In this document: positions 34,046 through 43,871 of the stretch, piece by piece | Layout: each line of letters opens with the position of its first letter | How positions within the stretch are numbered: position 1 is the first letter of the stretch | Notes under the pieces: model-generated | The model's input: the letters and a program-made list of their open reading frames with translations, nothing else | Databases searched by the model: none | Told to the model about the DNA's origin: nothing | From: Diplonema japonicum | Taxonomy: Eukaryota > Protista > Euglenozoa: Diplonemea | Assembly: GCA_964019335.1 (NCBI GenBank) | Contig: OZ025746.1 | Span: forward strand, 248,001-312,000 | Length of the DNA: 64,000 nucleotides | Direction of reading: 5' to 3' | Translations under genes and position numbers: made by a program

Positions 34046-34504
34046 TACGGAACAAAAAAAAATTGGAAAACGGAAAAATAATTGAAACGAAGATAAAATT
34101 ATGGATTTTTTTTTTTTAAATATTTCATTTTGCGTTTTCATATCAAGTCCAAATACGGTATGTCTTTGTTGTTCATAGTGAACAAAAAAGATTTTGAAAA
34201 AAAACCTACAAAAGATGTTCCCCCCCCCCCCTTTTTTTCTTTCACTCGGCACAAGTTTGTTTATTGTAATAAAATCCTTTTATGCTCCCCTATTTTGTAT
34301 TTCACAGATATATAAATGAATAAAAAAACAGACAAGGAAAAAAAAAAAAAAAAAAAAAAAAGGTGCGATATTTTTCTTTTCTTTTTTTGAATATTTGCTT
34401 GGCACAAGTTGCATCATTTTTTTTTAGAAGAGATTTTTTTTTTTTTTTTTTTTTTTGTGGAAACAAAAAAAAAAATTTTTTTTTGTCCCTTCTTTTTTTT
34501 TTTT

Positions 34505-35863
34505 TCAAATCACCACCTCGGGGTTACTCACCCATAAATCCACATCTTCCTGCGAAATCCTCCTGAAAGTACCGCTAGAATCTCGTCCAAGATTCCCTTC
34601 TACACAGGACCACATCACCGATTTTTCCAGAGTGTACTCCTCATCATCATCATCCATAACTTCCATCAGTTTTATCTGGTTCTCTTGCTGAAGCCTCTGC
34701 AGAATCCCAACAATGCTCCCCTCCTTCTCAATGGCCTTGTCGTACTCTTCAACAGCACGCCATTTCTGGTTGAAACACGCATCAACAATGCAATATTCAA
34801 GAAAATCCGCGATTTTTTCGTTCAAAGTTTCTTCTTTGTGGGTTAACAATAGTCGCAAGTATACTTTAGCCGCCCTGATGGGTGCTCTGAGCAAAGCACC
34901 AACGACATCATCCACACAAGGGACGTTACAATGGAAAGAATCTTGCCCTGCATTCACATATCGCCATAAAGGGTGTTTGCCCCTGTCAGAGTTCGATCGG
35001 GCAATTGGAATGCTTTTTGAAAGATCAGAGAGGTCTACTCTTCGCTTACGCGATTCAGATTTTGTAAGACAATGTTCCTTTGCAAATCTGTCCAGCAATT
35101 CTTTCGTTGAAACACGGGCTATCTCGGCGGCTTGTTGCGAGTTTCCAAATTCCTCGGAGCTTGCAAACTCTCGCAGTCCGGACTTTAAATTCATCATGTT
35201 TACAATTTTCAACGTCACCCCATCCGTTGCCCTAAGAACCGTAGTGTCTAAATCCACCGCGTTTCCTGTAAAATATCTCATTTTATGAACACCCTGATCA
35301 TGACGGTACAGCGACGGGTCAGATGAGAAGAGCTTTGCTTGCAGTTCCTTGTAGATCTCCGGTCCGTAAATAACAAGATTTCGAAGGCCCGCTAAGGAGA
35401 GGACTTTTCTCCTGTGTATTGATTGGCTGTGGATGTTGGCGTAGTAGTTCGGGACCTGCTGGCCAGGGATTAATGTGAATCCCGTTCCTTGTTGGCCGTG
35501 GTTGTCGCGCTCGCACCACTCCGCGCTGTCGTAGCTAGCTAGCATGTGGTTGTATAGCTGGACAACGAGTGCCACGTCGTTTTTGCTTAAGGGGGGGATG
35601 CTGCCACCTTTTCCGGCTTTTTTGAGCTGTTCCCCCAGGCGGTCGTCGTATTCTGTCAGGACTCTTTCTAGCCTGAGGCATTCGTCCATTGTCAGATCAC
35701 CCTCTCCAAACACCGGAACCCCGCATGGCCACCCGCCTCCTATCGTGTAGCCTGTTGTGTCCAGCTCCGGAACAGAGGGGCTTTTCGGGTGTTGGTGAAA
35801 CCTGTTGTTTCTTACAGACCGCTTGTCTTTGACGGCGCATAGAGCTCTTTTGAAAATCGACAT
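34505..35863 (-). CDS. Hypothetical protein (~452 aa, start MSIFKRAL)
   Basis: Long ORF; the upstream extension is homopolymer junk. Confidence 0.78.
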   Translation of the reverse strand: MSIFKRALCAVKDKRSVRNNRFHQHPKSPSVPELDTTGYTIGGGWPCGVPVFGEGDLTMDECLRLERVLTEYDDRLGEQLKKAGKGGSIPPLSKNDVALVVQLYNHMLASYDSAEWCERDNHGQQGTGFTLIPGQQVPNYYANIHSQSIHRRKVLSLAGLRNLVIYGPEIYKELQAKLFSSDPSLYRHDQGVHKMRYFTGNAVDLDTTVLRATDGVTLKIVNMMNLKSGLREFASSEEFGNSQQAAEIARVSTKELLDRFAKEHCLTKSESRKRRVDLSDLSKSIPIARSNSDRGKHPLWRYVNAGQDSFHCNVPCVDDVVGALLRAPIRAAKVYLRLLLTHKEETLNEKIADFLEYCIVDACFNQKWRAVEEYDKAIEKEGSIVGILQRLQQENQIKLMEVMDDDDEEYTLEKSVMWSCVEGNLGRDSSGTFRRISQEDVDLWVSNPEVVI

Positions 35864-36047
35864 TATAGGGTGGGGGGGGGGGGGGGGGGGTGCAAGACCC
35901 TTTTTTTTTTTAAAAAGAATTTTTTTTAAAAAAAAAATAAGAAAAGAAAGGAAGAGAAAAAAAAAAAAAAAAGGGTACAATTTTGCGCCCTCTCGCGCGT
36001 TTTTCTGCTCCACCCCACCCCACCGCACGGATTTTTTTTTTTTTTTA

Positions 36048-37265
36048 TTAAGGAGGTTGGTTGTTGTTGTTGGTCCTCATCCTCGATAGTCTTTCATGCT
36101 GTTTGCATATGATTCTGTACTGCTCCTCTTGTTCTGTTAAAAGGTGGCGCTGCTTGCGGAGCGAGATCTCAGCGTCAATGAGAGGCTGTTCCGCGATGGT
36201 GGTGGCCTCCCTGTCGAGGAGTGCCTTCCGGTAATCTTCTTGAAGCGACGTCAGATCCCTCATAAAATGCTGCGCCGCGGAAAAAGATGCTTCTGTCTGG
36301 AGGTAAAGGGAACCGGAAAATGACTGTGCGTCAACGAGGTGATGCTGGGTAGCGATGAGGGTCTTGAGCTTTGCAGTGTCATCATCTTCACATTCTGTGA
36401 GGAGGTGGTGTGTTTGCGACATTATGCTGTTTTTCTGAACGGATTCTTTCTCAGCGTAGACGAGGGCCTCACGGCATTTTAGAATTTCGGATTCTCTTTG
36501 TGTGACTTTGCTGCGAGCTTCGTCGGCTTCGACCGATAATTGTGATAATTCTGCTCGGCTTTCCCTCACTTCTGTTTCACCTGTCGCGAGCCGTCCTCGC
36601 AAGGCTTCGGCATGAAGAAGCAGTTCTTCCAGTTCTCGCTTATCTCTTACAAGTTTTGTTTCCGCGGATATGTTTTTTTTTTCCGCGGCTCGCATTTTGT
36701 TTTCGATGCCCTCGACTATGGTAAGCGTTTGCTTTCTTCTGTACTCACTGGTGTCGAGTTCGGCTTGTCTTACAATAACCATTTCTTCGGCTTCCTTTGC
36801 TGATTCGACAGCGGTGAACTGGAGCGTGCGAGCTTCTTGTAGATTTCCTGAGGAAATTCTGTGTTTTTCGTGCGCGGTTTTGAGGTCTTCTTGGAGATCC
36901 AGAACCGTTTTTGTACAACTTTGTTGATCCTCCACCAAGCCTTCGTATTCTGATAGTTGCCTTTGGATCTGCACCTCCACAGAGTTTTGAACCTCTTCCT
37001 GTTCCCTTGTGCGCCATTCGTCTCCTATCCGGTAATATAGGCTGTCGATTACAGTGGGGTACTCTTCGGCAAAGCGCTCCCAGTCTTGTGTGCTTATCAC
37101 CCCCATGTTCTCCTCCAGACCCAGCATTCTCGATAAATCCATTTCGCTCACCTGAATGTTCAGGAGTTGCATCCAATAAGCCACTTTATCGAAGGTTACC
37201 ACACCCCCTCTGCTCAACTCATCATACACACGATTCACTTTGGTTTGGTGTGCTGGGGGTGGCAT
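36048..37265 (-). CDS. Coiled-coil protein with EF-hand-like N-terminus
   Basis: 405-aa ORF, ATG after an A-run, heptad-rich body. Confidence 0.78.
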   Translation of the reverse strand: MPPPAHQTKVNRVYDELSRGGVVTFDKVAYWMQLLNIQVSEMDLSRMLGLEENMGVISTQDWERFAEEYPTVIDSLYYRIGDEWRTREQEEVQNSVEVQIQRQLSEYEGLVEDQQSCTKTVLDLQEDLKTAHEKHRISSGNLQEARTLQFTAVESAKEAEEMVIVRQAELDTSEYRRKQTLTIVEGIENKMRAAEKKNISAETKLVRDKRELEELLLHAEALRGRLATGETEVRESRAELSQLSVEADEARSKVTQRESEILKCREALVYAEKESVQKNSIMSQTHHLLTECEDDDTAKLKTLIATQHHLVDAQSFSGSLYLQTEASFSAAQHFMRDLTSLQEDYRKALLDREATTIAEQPLIDAEISLRKQRHLLTEQEEQYRIICKQHERLSRMRTNNNNQPP

Positions 37266-37586
37266 TTTTTTTTTTTTTTTTTGCTTACTTTTTTTTGTGT
37301 GTGTTTTCGGGGAAAGGAGGGAAGAAAAAAGAAAAAAAAAAAGAGCTGGGAGAGTAGGTAAGGGATATTATTAAACAACATTTTTTTTTTGTTTTTTTTT
37401 TATAATTTTCTTTTTTTTAGAAAAAAAAGTATGGCCTCTTTGTTTGTTTTTTTTTTTTTTTTTCGATGTTACATGACAAAAAAAAAAAAAAAAAAACCCT
37501 CTTCTCCCCCATCCCACCCATTTTGTCACGCTGAGGAAAAATAAGAAAGCTTCAAAAAAACTTTACCCCACCTCCCCCCTTCCATC

Positions 37587-38504
37587 TTACCACCAACTCT
37601 CTCTGCCGACCGAACGGCCCCTCTGGGGCCCGGTTGAATTACTGCGGTGTCTCCCGTTGTTGCGGGAGCCGCCTCTGCCTCTGCTAGTGGATCTGTGCCA
37701 AGTGGAATGGCCTTTACCCTTCCTTTGGATGGGTCCTCGTGACGTAGATCGTGGACGGGGCCCGTTCATGGCCGAGAAGATCTGACCCTGGATGACATTG
37801 TGCTTGGCCTTCCTTGCACACTGCTGCTGGTGGTTGTTGCTGTAGGTCCTGTCGGGAATGTACCGATGGCAGTACTTGCAGATCTGCGACACCATCCTCC
37901 GCAGCTGGTCCAGCTCTACAGCCCTGTCCCCTGCGTCCCTCTCCAGGTCGAAATACCTGTCCTGAAGGTCGAGGTAGCGGGACTCGCTGTTGTCCAGCCT
38001 GTCCTGCAGCTTCGCCATCCCCACCACTCTCTCTTCCATCGCTTGGTAGTCACCTTTCATCTTGCTCAGCTCATCCAGCAACGCCTGCTGCCCGTACTGC
38101 CCTTGCGGTGCGAACTGTTGGACCATAGGGGCCATAGGCTGTTGCAGTTGTTGTTGTTGTTGTTGAGGTTGTTGTTGTGGTTGAGGTTGTTGAAGGAAAA
38201 CAGCGTTTTGTTGCTGTTGTTGTTGCTGTGGTTGTGCTTGCTGTTGAATAGGTTGCTGCGGTGGCTGTTGTTGTTGTTGCTGCTTCTGCAGCACTGGTTG
38301 TTGAATGCGTTGAGCTTCCTGTTGTGGTGGTGGTGGTGGTGGCTGTTGTTGCTGTGGCACCAAGACGATGGGCTGCTGTTGTCGCAGCAGCTCCTGTTGC
38401 ATCTGGTGTTGGGCCAGCACAATGGGTTGCTGCTGCAAGGGCGTCACAAGAGGGTGCCGTGCTTGCTGGTCTTGCTCTTGCTCCTTACTTTGCTCCTGTT
38501 CCAT
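37587..38504 (-). CDS. Gln-rich coiled-coil protein with CxxC..HxxxC finger and RS/RG-rich tail
   Basis: Poly-Q/P region, coiled coil, ICKYCHRYIPDRTYSNNHQQQC, and basic RSTSRG repeats. Confidence 0.65.
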   Translation of the reverse strand: MEQEQSKEQEQDQQARHPLVTPLQQQPIVLAQHQMQQELLRQQQPIVLVPQQQQPPPPPPQQEAQRIQQPVLQKQQQQQQPPQQPIQQQAQPQQQQQQQNAVFLQQPQPQQQPQQQQQQLQQPMAPMVQQFAPQGQYGQQALLDELSKMKGDYQAMEERVVGMAKLQDRLDNSESRYLDLQDRYFDLERDAGDRAVELDQLRRMVSQICKYCHRYIPDRTYSNNHQQQCARKAKHNVIQGQIFSAMNGPRPRSTSRGPIQRKGKGHSTWHRSTSRGRGGSRNNGRHRSNSTGPQRGRSVGRESWW

Positions 38505-39128
38505 TTCTGCCCACTTTTGCCCCCGCCCCCTCCCCACCCCCCTTGGAGTAACGAAAAACAAAAAAAAAAGAAGAAAATATATATATTCTAGAAGAAGAAG
38601 AAAAGAGGGGGATGGGAAGTGTATGGTTAGCCATGTTAAATAGCGCTTAACACCCTCTGAAGTGTATAGGACGCCTTATAAAGTCATCATTTTTTTTCTT
38701 TTTTTTTGTTGTGGCGAATAGTAGTTATGGGATTACATCATTCGGAAGAAGTGCTTCGCTTCCCCCCCCCTTTTTTCTTCTTTGTCCCCCCCCCCCCCCC
38801 CCAATACTGTAAACTCGGACACTTTCTGTCAGGCATTTTCTTTTTTCTTTCATTTTTTTTATTTTACAGACAAAAAAAAGTAAAAACAACCGGCCCCAGA
38901 AGGGGGAAAAAAAAAAAAAAAACCATCACTCCCCCCCCCACCCCACCCTGTGTTATCGATTGATCTTTTTTTTTTTTGCCAAACAGAAAAAAAAAGAAAA
39001 AGAAGAAAAAAAAACCACTGTGATCTGCGGAAGGGGGAAAAAAGTGAAGGGGAGGAAAAAAAAGGGGGGGGGGGAAATCACACATAAATGATATAACATT
39101 TCTTTTTTTCCCCTCCCCCTCTCTCTCT

Positions 39129-40679
39129 TCACAAACTGAGCGACCGTACAGCTGGGCTTCGGCCCCTCTTCCCCGTAAAATCGTGGTCCGTGTTGGGCGG
39201 CCCGGTGGAATGCTTGAAACTCAGCAACGGCGTAATTTCTGAAGCCGACAACAAGGTACCTGTACGGGGCAGGAAACCGTCCTTGTCATGGAAATCTAGA
39301 ATAGATGCCGCTCGTAAGAAGCTAAGAACATGATACAGGGCAATACCGAGTAGAGTCGTTGTGCAGCACACCCACCAAGAGGCCGTCGATGCAACTGACA
39401 TAAGGGTTAAGATAAGCAAGGAAGGAACAAGTAAAAGTACACAGCACCCTGTGGTGGACAACGGAACCTTATAAGGCCGGGGGAGGTCAGCATGCGCCAC
39501 ACGTAGCTTTATAAACGCAGCAAATTCCAACACCTCCGCAAGGCAGTACAGAAGGTTCAACATTTCAATAACAGAGTGGAAGTCGAACGTTATCAGGAAC
39601 AAGATGCCCACGAATGAGCACAATATCGCTGTGGAAGGCGAGCCTTGCTTCGAACGCTTTGACAGGAACTTCGGAAGCATTCCTCTTTCAGACATCCCGA
39701 GAAGCTGGTAGCTATCCGCTGAGAGCTCTGCAAGGAACATCCCGATGTTGGAAATGCCCGCAGCAAGAAGTATCCATGTTCCCAACCAGTACCCTCCCAA
39801 CTCTTCCCCAACTTCACTGAAGTACCCATCTGTCCAAGAGGTGTAGGGTGCCTTTGTTGCCGCCATCCCTACTATCGTTGGGACTGAATACGCCAGAACA
39901 ACCAACACCACAGCATACCCCAGTGCTTTGGGGAACGCTGTTCCCGGGTCGCCGACCTCCCCTGCAAACACCGCAGCAGAGTCCCAATAGTTGAAATTCC
40001 AAAACATGACGTTTAAGAACAGCCTCCAGTCAACACCACCAGCAGGAGGGCCCTCGAACAGCCTGCCGACATCCATCTTCGGGATCCCAAGCACCGTGAG
40101 CACCACAAACGGGAACATGGAGAACACACACAACACTGTGGCAGTCCGGCCGACAACCTCGATGCCCTTGTAGTTCAGCCACACCAAGCCGACCACCATC
40201 GCAAGGAGAGCGGGTTGCTTCACAGGTGACCCCGCAAGCCAAGGGTACACCGTTGCCAGGTACTCGTACATGAGCAAGGGGTAAAGAGAATTGTCGGTCA
40301 CCCCTGATATCCACGAAAGGTACCCTTCCATGAAACCCCAGAAGGGCCCGAAGGCTACTTCAACCCAAGCAACGAATCCAGCTGGTTCGGGGAAGGTGGT
40401 GGAGAGCTCTGCTGTCACAAGAGCTTCGGGGACGGCCCACACAAGAGGGATCACTATGAACCCCACGATGCATAAAAAACTACCACCTGCACCCACAGCA
40501 GCCTCGATCCCGAAAGGCCCCCCCGACACCCCGTAGAACACCAGGACCACTAGTGGGAGCACACCCAGTACACCCTTTCTTTTCCTCCCATCATCACTGC
40601 TTCCTTCGCTGGTGACATCTATCATATCTATCGGTTCATGTGTGCTCTGCTTTAATGGACAGGACGGGGGCCTGATCAT
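39129..40679 (-). CDS. APC-superfamily polyamine/amino-acid permease (LAT/PUT-like), copy 1
   Basis: VSGGPFGIE, PEALVTAELST, FWNFNYWDS and RPYKVP motifs; about 12 hydrophobic segments. Confidence 0.92.
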   Translation of the reverse strand: MIRPPSCPLKQSTHEPIDMIDVTSEGSSDDGRKRKGVLGVLPLVVLVFYGVSGGPFGIEAAVGAGGSFLCIVGFIVIPLVWAVPEALVTAELSTTFPEPAGFVAWVEVAFGPFWGFMEGYLSWISGVTDNSLYPLLMYEYLATVYPWLAGSPVKQPALLAMVVGLVWLNYKGIEVVGRTATVLCVFSMFPFVVLTVLGIPKMDVGRLFEGPPAGGVDWRLFLNVMFWNFNYWDSAAVFAGEVGDPGTAFPKALGYAVVLVVLAYSVPTIVGMAATKAPYTSWTDGYFSEVGEELGGYWLGTWILLAAGISNIGMFLAELSADSYQLLGMSERGMLPKFLSKRSKQGSPSTAILCSFVGILFLITFDFHSVIEMLNLLYCLAEVLEFAAFIKLRVAHADLPRPYKVPLSTTGCCVLLLVPSLLILTLMSVASTASWWVCCTTTLLGIALYHVLSFLRAASILDFHDKDGFLPRTGTLLSASEITPLLSFKHSTGPPNTDHDFTGKRGRSPAVRSLSL

Positions 40680-40794
40680 GGCACGGGTGGTGGGGTGCCT
40701 GTGCGTGGTGTGTTAATAATTGACCAGGTGAGAGAAATCCTTTTTTTTTTTCTTTCTTTCTTTTTCAAAAAAAAAAAAAAAAAAAAAAACTCCT

Positions 40795-42189
40795 TCAATA
40801 GAAGTCGAGGATGGAAGCCGCTCGTAAGAAGCCGACACCATGGTAGAGAGCAACACCGAGAAGGGTAGTTGCACCACACACCCACCAAGAGGCCGTCGAT
40901 GCAACTGACATAAGGGTTAAGATAAGCAAGGAAGGAACAAGTAAAAGTACACAGCACCCTGTGGTGGACAACGGAACCTTATAAGGCCGGGGGAGGTCAG
41001 CATGCGCCACACGTAGCTTTATAAACGCAGCAAATTCCAACACCTCCGCAAGGCAGTACAGAAGGTTCAACATTTCAATAACAGAGTGGAAGTCGAACGT
41101 GATGAAGAACAGGATACCAAACCCGGAGCACAATATCGCTGTGGAAGGTGAGCCTTGCTTCGAACGCTTTGACAGGAACTTCGGAAGCATTCCTCTTTCA
41201 GACATCCCGAGAAGCTGGTAGCTGTCCATCGAGAGCTCTGCAAGGAACATCCCGATGTTGGAAATGCCCGCAGCAAGAAGTATCCATGTTCCCAACCAGT
41301 ACCCTCCCAACTCTTCCCCAACTTCACTGAAATACCCATCTGTCCAAGAGGTGTAGGGTGCCTTTGTTGCCGCCATCCCTACTATCGTTGGGACTGAATA
41401 CGCCAGAACAACCAACACCACAGCATACCCCAGTGCTTTGGGGAACGCTGTTCCCGGGTCGCCGACCTCCCCTGCAAACACCGCAGCAGAGTCCCAGGAG
41501 TTGAAGTTCCAAAACATAACGTTTAAGAACAGCCTCCAGTCAACACCACCAGCAGGAGGGCCTTCGAACAGCCTGCCGACGTCCATCTTCGGGATCCCAA
41601 GCACCGTGAGCACCACAAACGGGAACATGGAGAACACACACAACACTGTGGCAGTCCGGCCGACAACCTCGATGCCCTTGTAGTTCAGCCACACCAAGCC
41701 GACCACCATCGCAAGGAGAGCGGGTTGCTTCACAGGTGACCCCGCAAGCCAAGGGTACACCGTTGCCAGGTACTCGTACATGAGCAAGGGGTAAAGAGAA
41801 TTGTCGGTCACCCCTGATATCCACGAAAGGTACCCTTCCATGAAACCCCAGAAGGGCCCGAAGGCTACTTCAACCCAAGCAACGAATCCAGCTGGTTCGG
41901 GGAAGGTGGTGGAGAGCTCTGCTGTCACAAGAGCTTCGGGGACGGCCCACACAAGAGGGATCACTATGAACCCCACGATGCATAAAAAACTACCACCTGC
42001 ACCCACAGCAGCCTCGATCCCGAAAGGCCCCCCCGACACCCCGTAGAACACCAGGACCACTAGTGGGAGCACACCCAGTACACCCTTTCTTTTCCTCCCA
42101 TCATCACTGCTTCCTTCGCTGGTGACATCTATCATATCTATCGGTTCATGTGTGCTCTGCTTTAATGGACAGGACGGGGGCCTGATCAT
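40795..42189 (-). CDS. APC-superfamily polyamine/amino-acid permease, tandem copy 2 (shorter C-tail)
   Basis: Near-identical to copy 1 at a 1510-bp offset; ends at ILDFY*. Confidence 0.9.
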   Translation of the reverse strand: MIRPPSCPLKQSTHEPIDMIDVTSEGSSDDGRKRKGVLGVLPLVVLVFYGVSGGPFGIEAAVGAGGSFLCIVGFIVIPLVWAVPEALVTAELSTTFPEPAGFVAWVEVAFGPFWGFMEGYLSWISGVTDNSLYPLLMYEYLATVYPWLAGSPVKQPALLAMVVGLVWLNYKGIEVVGRTATVLCVFSMFPFVVLTVLGIPKMDVGRLFEGPPAGGVDWRLFLNVMFWNFNSWDSAAVFAGEVGDPGTAFPKALGYAVVLVVLAYSVPTIVGMAATKAPYTSWTDGYFSEVGEELGGYWLGTWILLAAGISNIGMFLAELSMDSYQLLGMSERGMLPKFLSKRSKQGSPSTAILCSGFGILFFITFDFHSVIEMLNLLYCLAEVLEFAAFIKLRVAHADLPRPYKVPLSTTGCCVLLLVPSLLILTLMSVASTASWWVCGATTLLGVALYHGVGFLRAASILDFY

Positions 42190-43871
42190 GGCACGGGTGG
42201 TGAGGTGCCTGTGCGTGGTGTTTTGTGGGGGTGGGGTTTCGAGAATGAAAGATAAAAAGGGGGAGAAAAAAAAAACTTCAGGAAAACAAAAAGAATAACG
42301 ATTACTATCATGAAGTAAAAGACGAAAAGAAAAGAAAAAGAAACGTATTTTTTTGAATAGAACAGTAGAAGGTAACTTAAAAACAAAGTAGGACGAGAAA
42401 ACAACAAAGATGGGGGAGGGGACGGAGAAAAGTGAAGAAGAAGGAGGGGGGAGGAGACAAACGACAATAATAATGACAAAAAAAGAAAGAAGAAGAAGAA
42501 ATGAAAAAAGGGGGGGGGTTTAAAAGATGTAACGAGAAAGAGTTGTGACCAACGGAAAAAGAAATCCACCACATGAGGGGAAGATTTCTTTTCGTTTCTC
42601 ATTGTTTATTCTTGTGTAAGAAAGAGGGGAAAAAAAAGAGAAATAAAGGGTGCAACCGGTGATGACCGACGAGGAGGTCAACAGCAAACTGCACATCTGA
42701 TTAACTCCACAATCTCTCCACTACCTGAAATGTGCAAACAGTTCCCCTTTCTACTTTCTTTTCCAGGGTTACTACGCATTTTTCATCTCCAAAAAAAAAA
42801 ATCACTCTATTCTTTTCTAGAGATGCTATTTGGGTGTGCAAAAAAAAGATTTTTTTTTTCCTTCTCCCTTTATTCTTGGTTTCCCTCCCCCCCTTTTTTT
42901 TTCTTCTTTTTTTTGTTTTCTTCTTTTTTTTTCTCTCCTTGAAATAATTAATTCTTGTGGTTTTTTTTTTCTTTTTTTTTTTTTTCGCCATCGACTTCGT
43001 CTATCAAAAGACAAAGGGTTATGCCGAAAATCATATGTTTTATTTTCTCTTCTTTTTTTCCATCTTCTTTTTTTTTTTTTTTAAAGCCTTCCCCCCATCA
43101 CCCACCCCCGTGCCTGTTCTCTCTTGTTGCCTGAGGAGGGGGCCTTAGCCCAGACCGATATAAAAAAAAAAAGAAATAAAAGGAGAGGGAAGTACGGGAT
43201 GAAAAGAATGAAAGGGAAAAAAGAAAGAAAAAAAAAAGAAAATCTTTTATCGATACCAAGCAAATAGCTTGCCACATACCTTTATCGTCGAGATATGTTG
43301 CGTTAAAAAAAATTGGGTAAAAAAAAAACAAGACAAACAAAAAGAAGATTCACTAAAGTTATTCACTATTAAAAAAAAAATGAGAGGGGTTTTAAAAAAA
43401 AAAACTCTTTAAGACCAGAGCTGATTCTATCAGCCTTATTCCACAATGATGTTCCTACCGTGTTTTGATGCTCCCCTTCTGTAGCTGGTCGCATTTTTGT
43501 TTAGTAGCTGTTTTAGCCCCCTACCCCTCTGTAAGATTACCAGGGGTATTTTTTTTTTTTTTTCTCGATGGGGTTTTCTCGTCTCTAATCTTTTAAAGAG
43601 TTAATATTGCTTTTCTTTTTTCTTTTTTTTTTCTTAATAAAACATTCTCTCTTATTATTGGGTGTGCTTTTTTTTTTTTTCCCCTCTTTTTTTTTTTCTT
43701 TTAAAAATTCTTTTACAGTTCTGTTAAAAAAAAAAACTCAAAGTGCAGGACAAAACCCCCCTCATGGAGGGCCGCCCTTTAAAAAAAAAAAAATAGTAGA
43801 GACGAAAGGAGGGGAAACAAAAAAAAAGGAGGGGATAAACACGTTTTTTTTTTTTTTTCTTCTCCCTCTCT

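Noticed and set aside
37800-38591. 263-aa Leu-rich plus-strand ORF and similar antisense ORFs across the window
   Set aside because: They are antisense shadows of real minus-strand genes (CAG/CAA repeats read as CTG/TTG).
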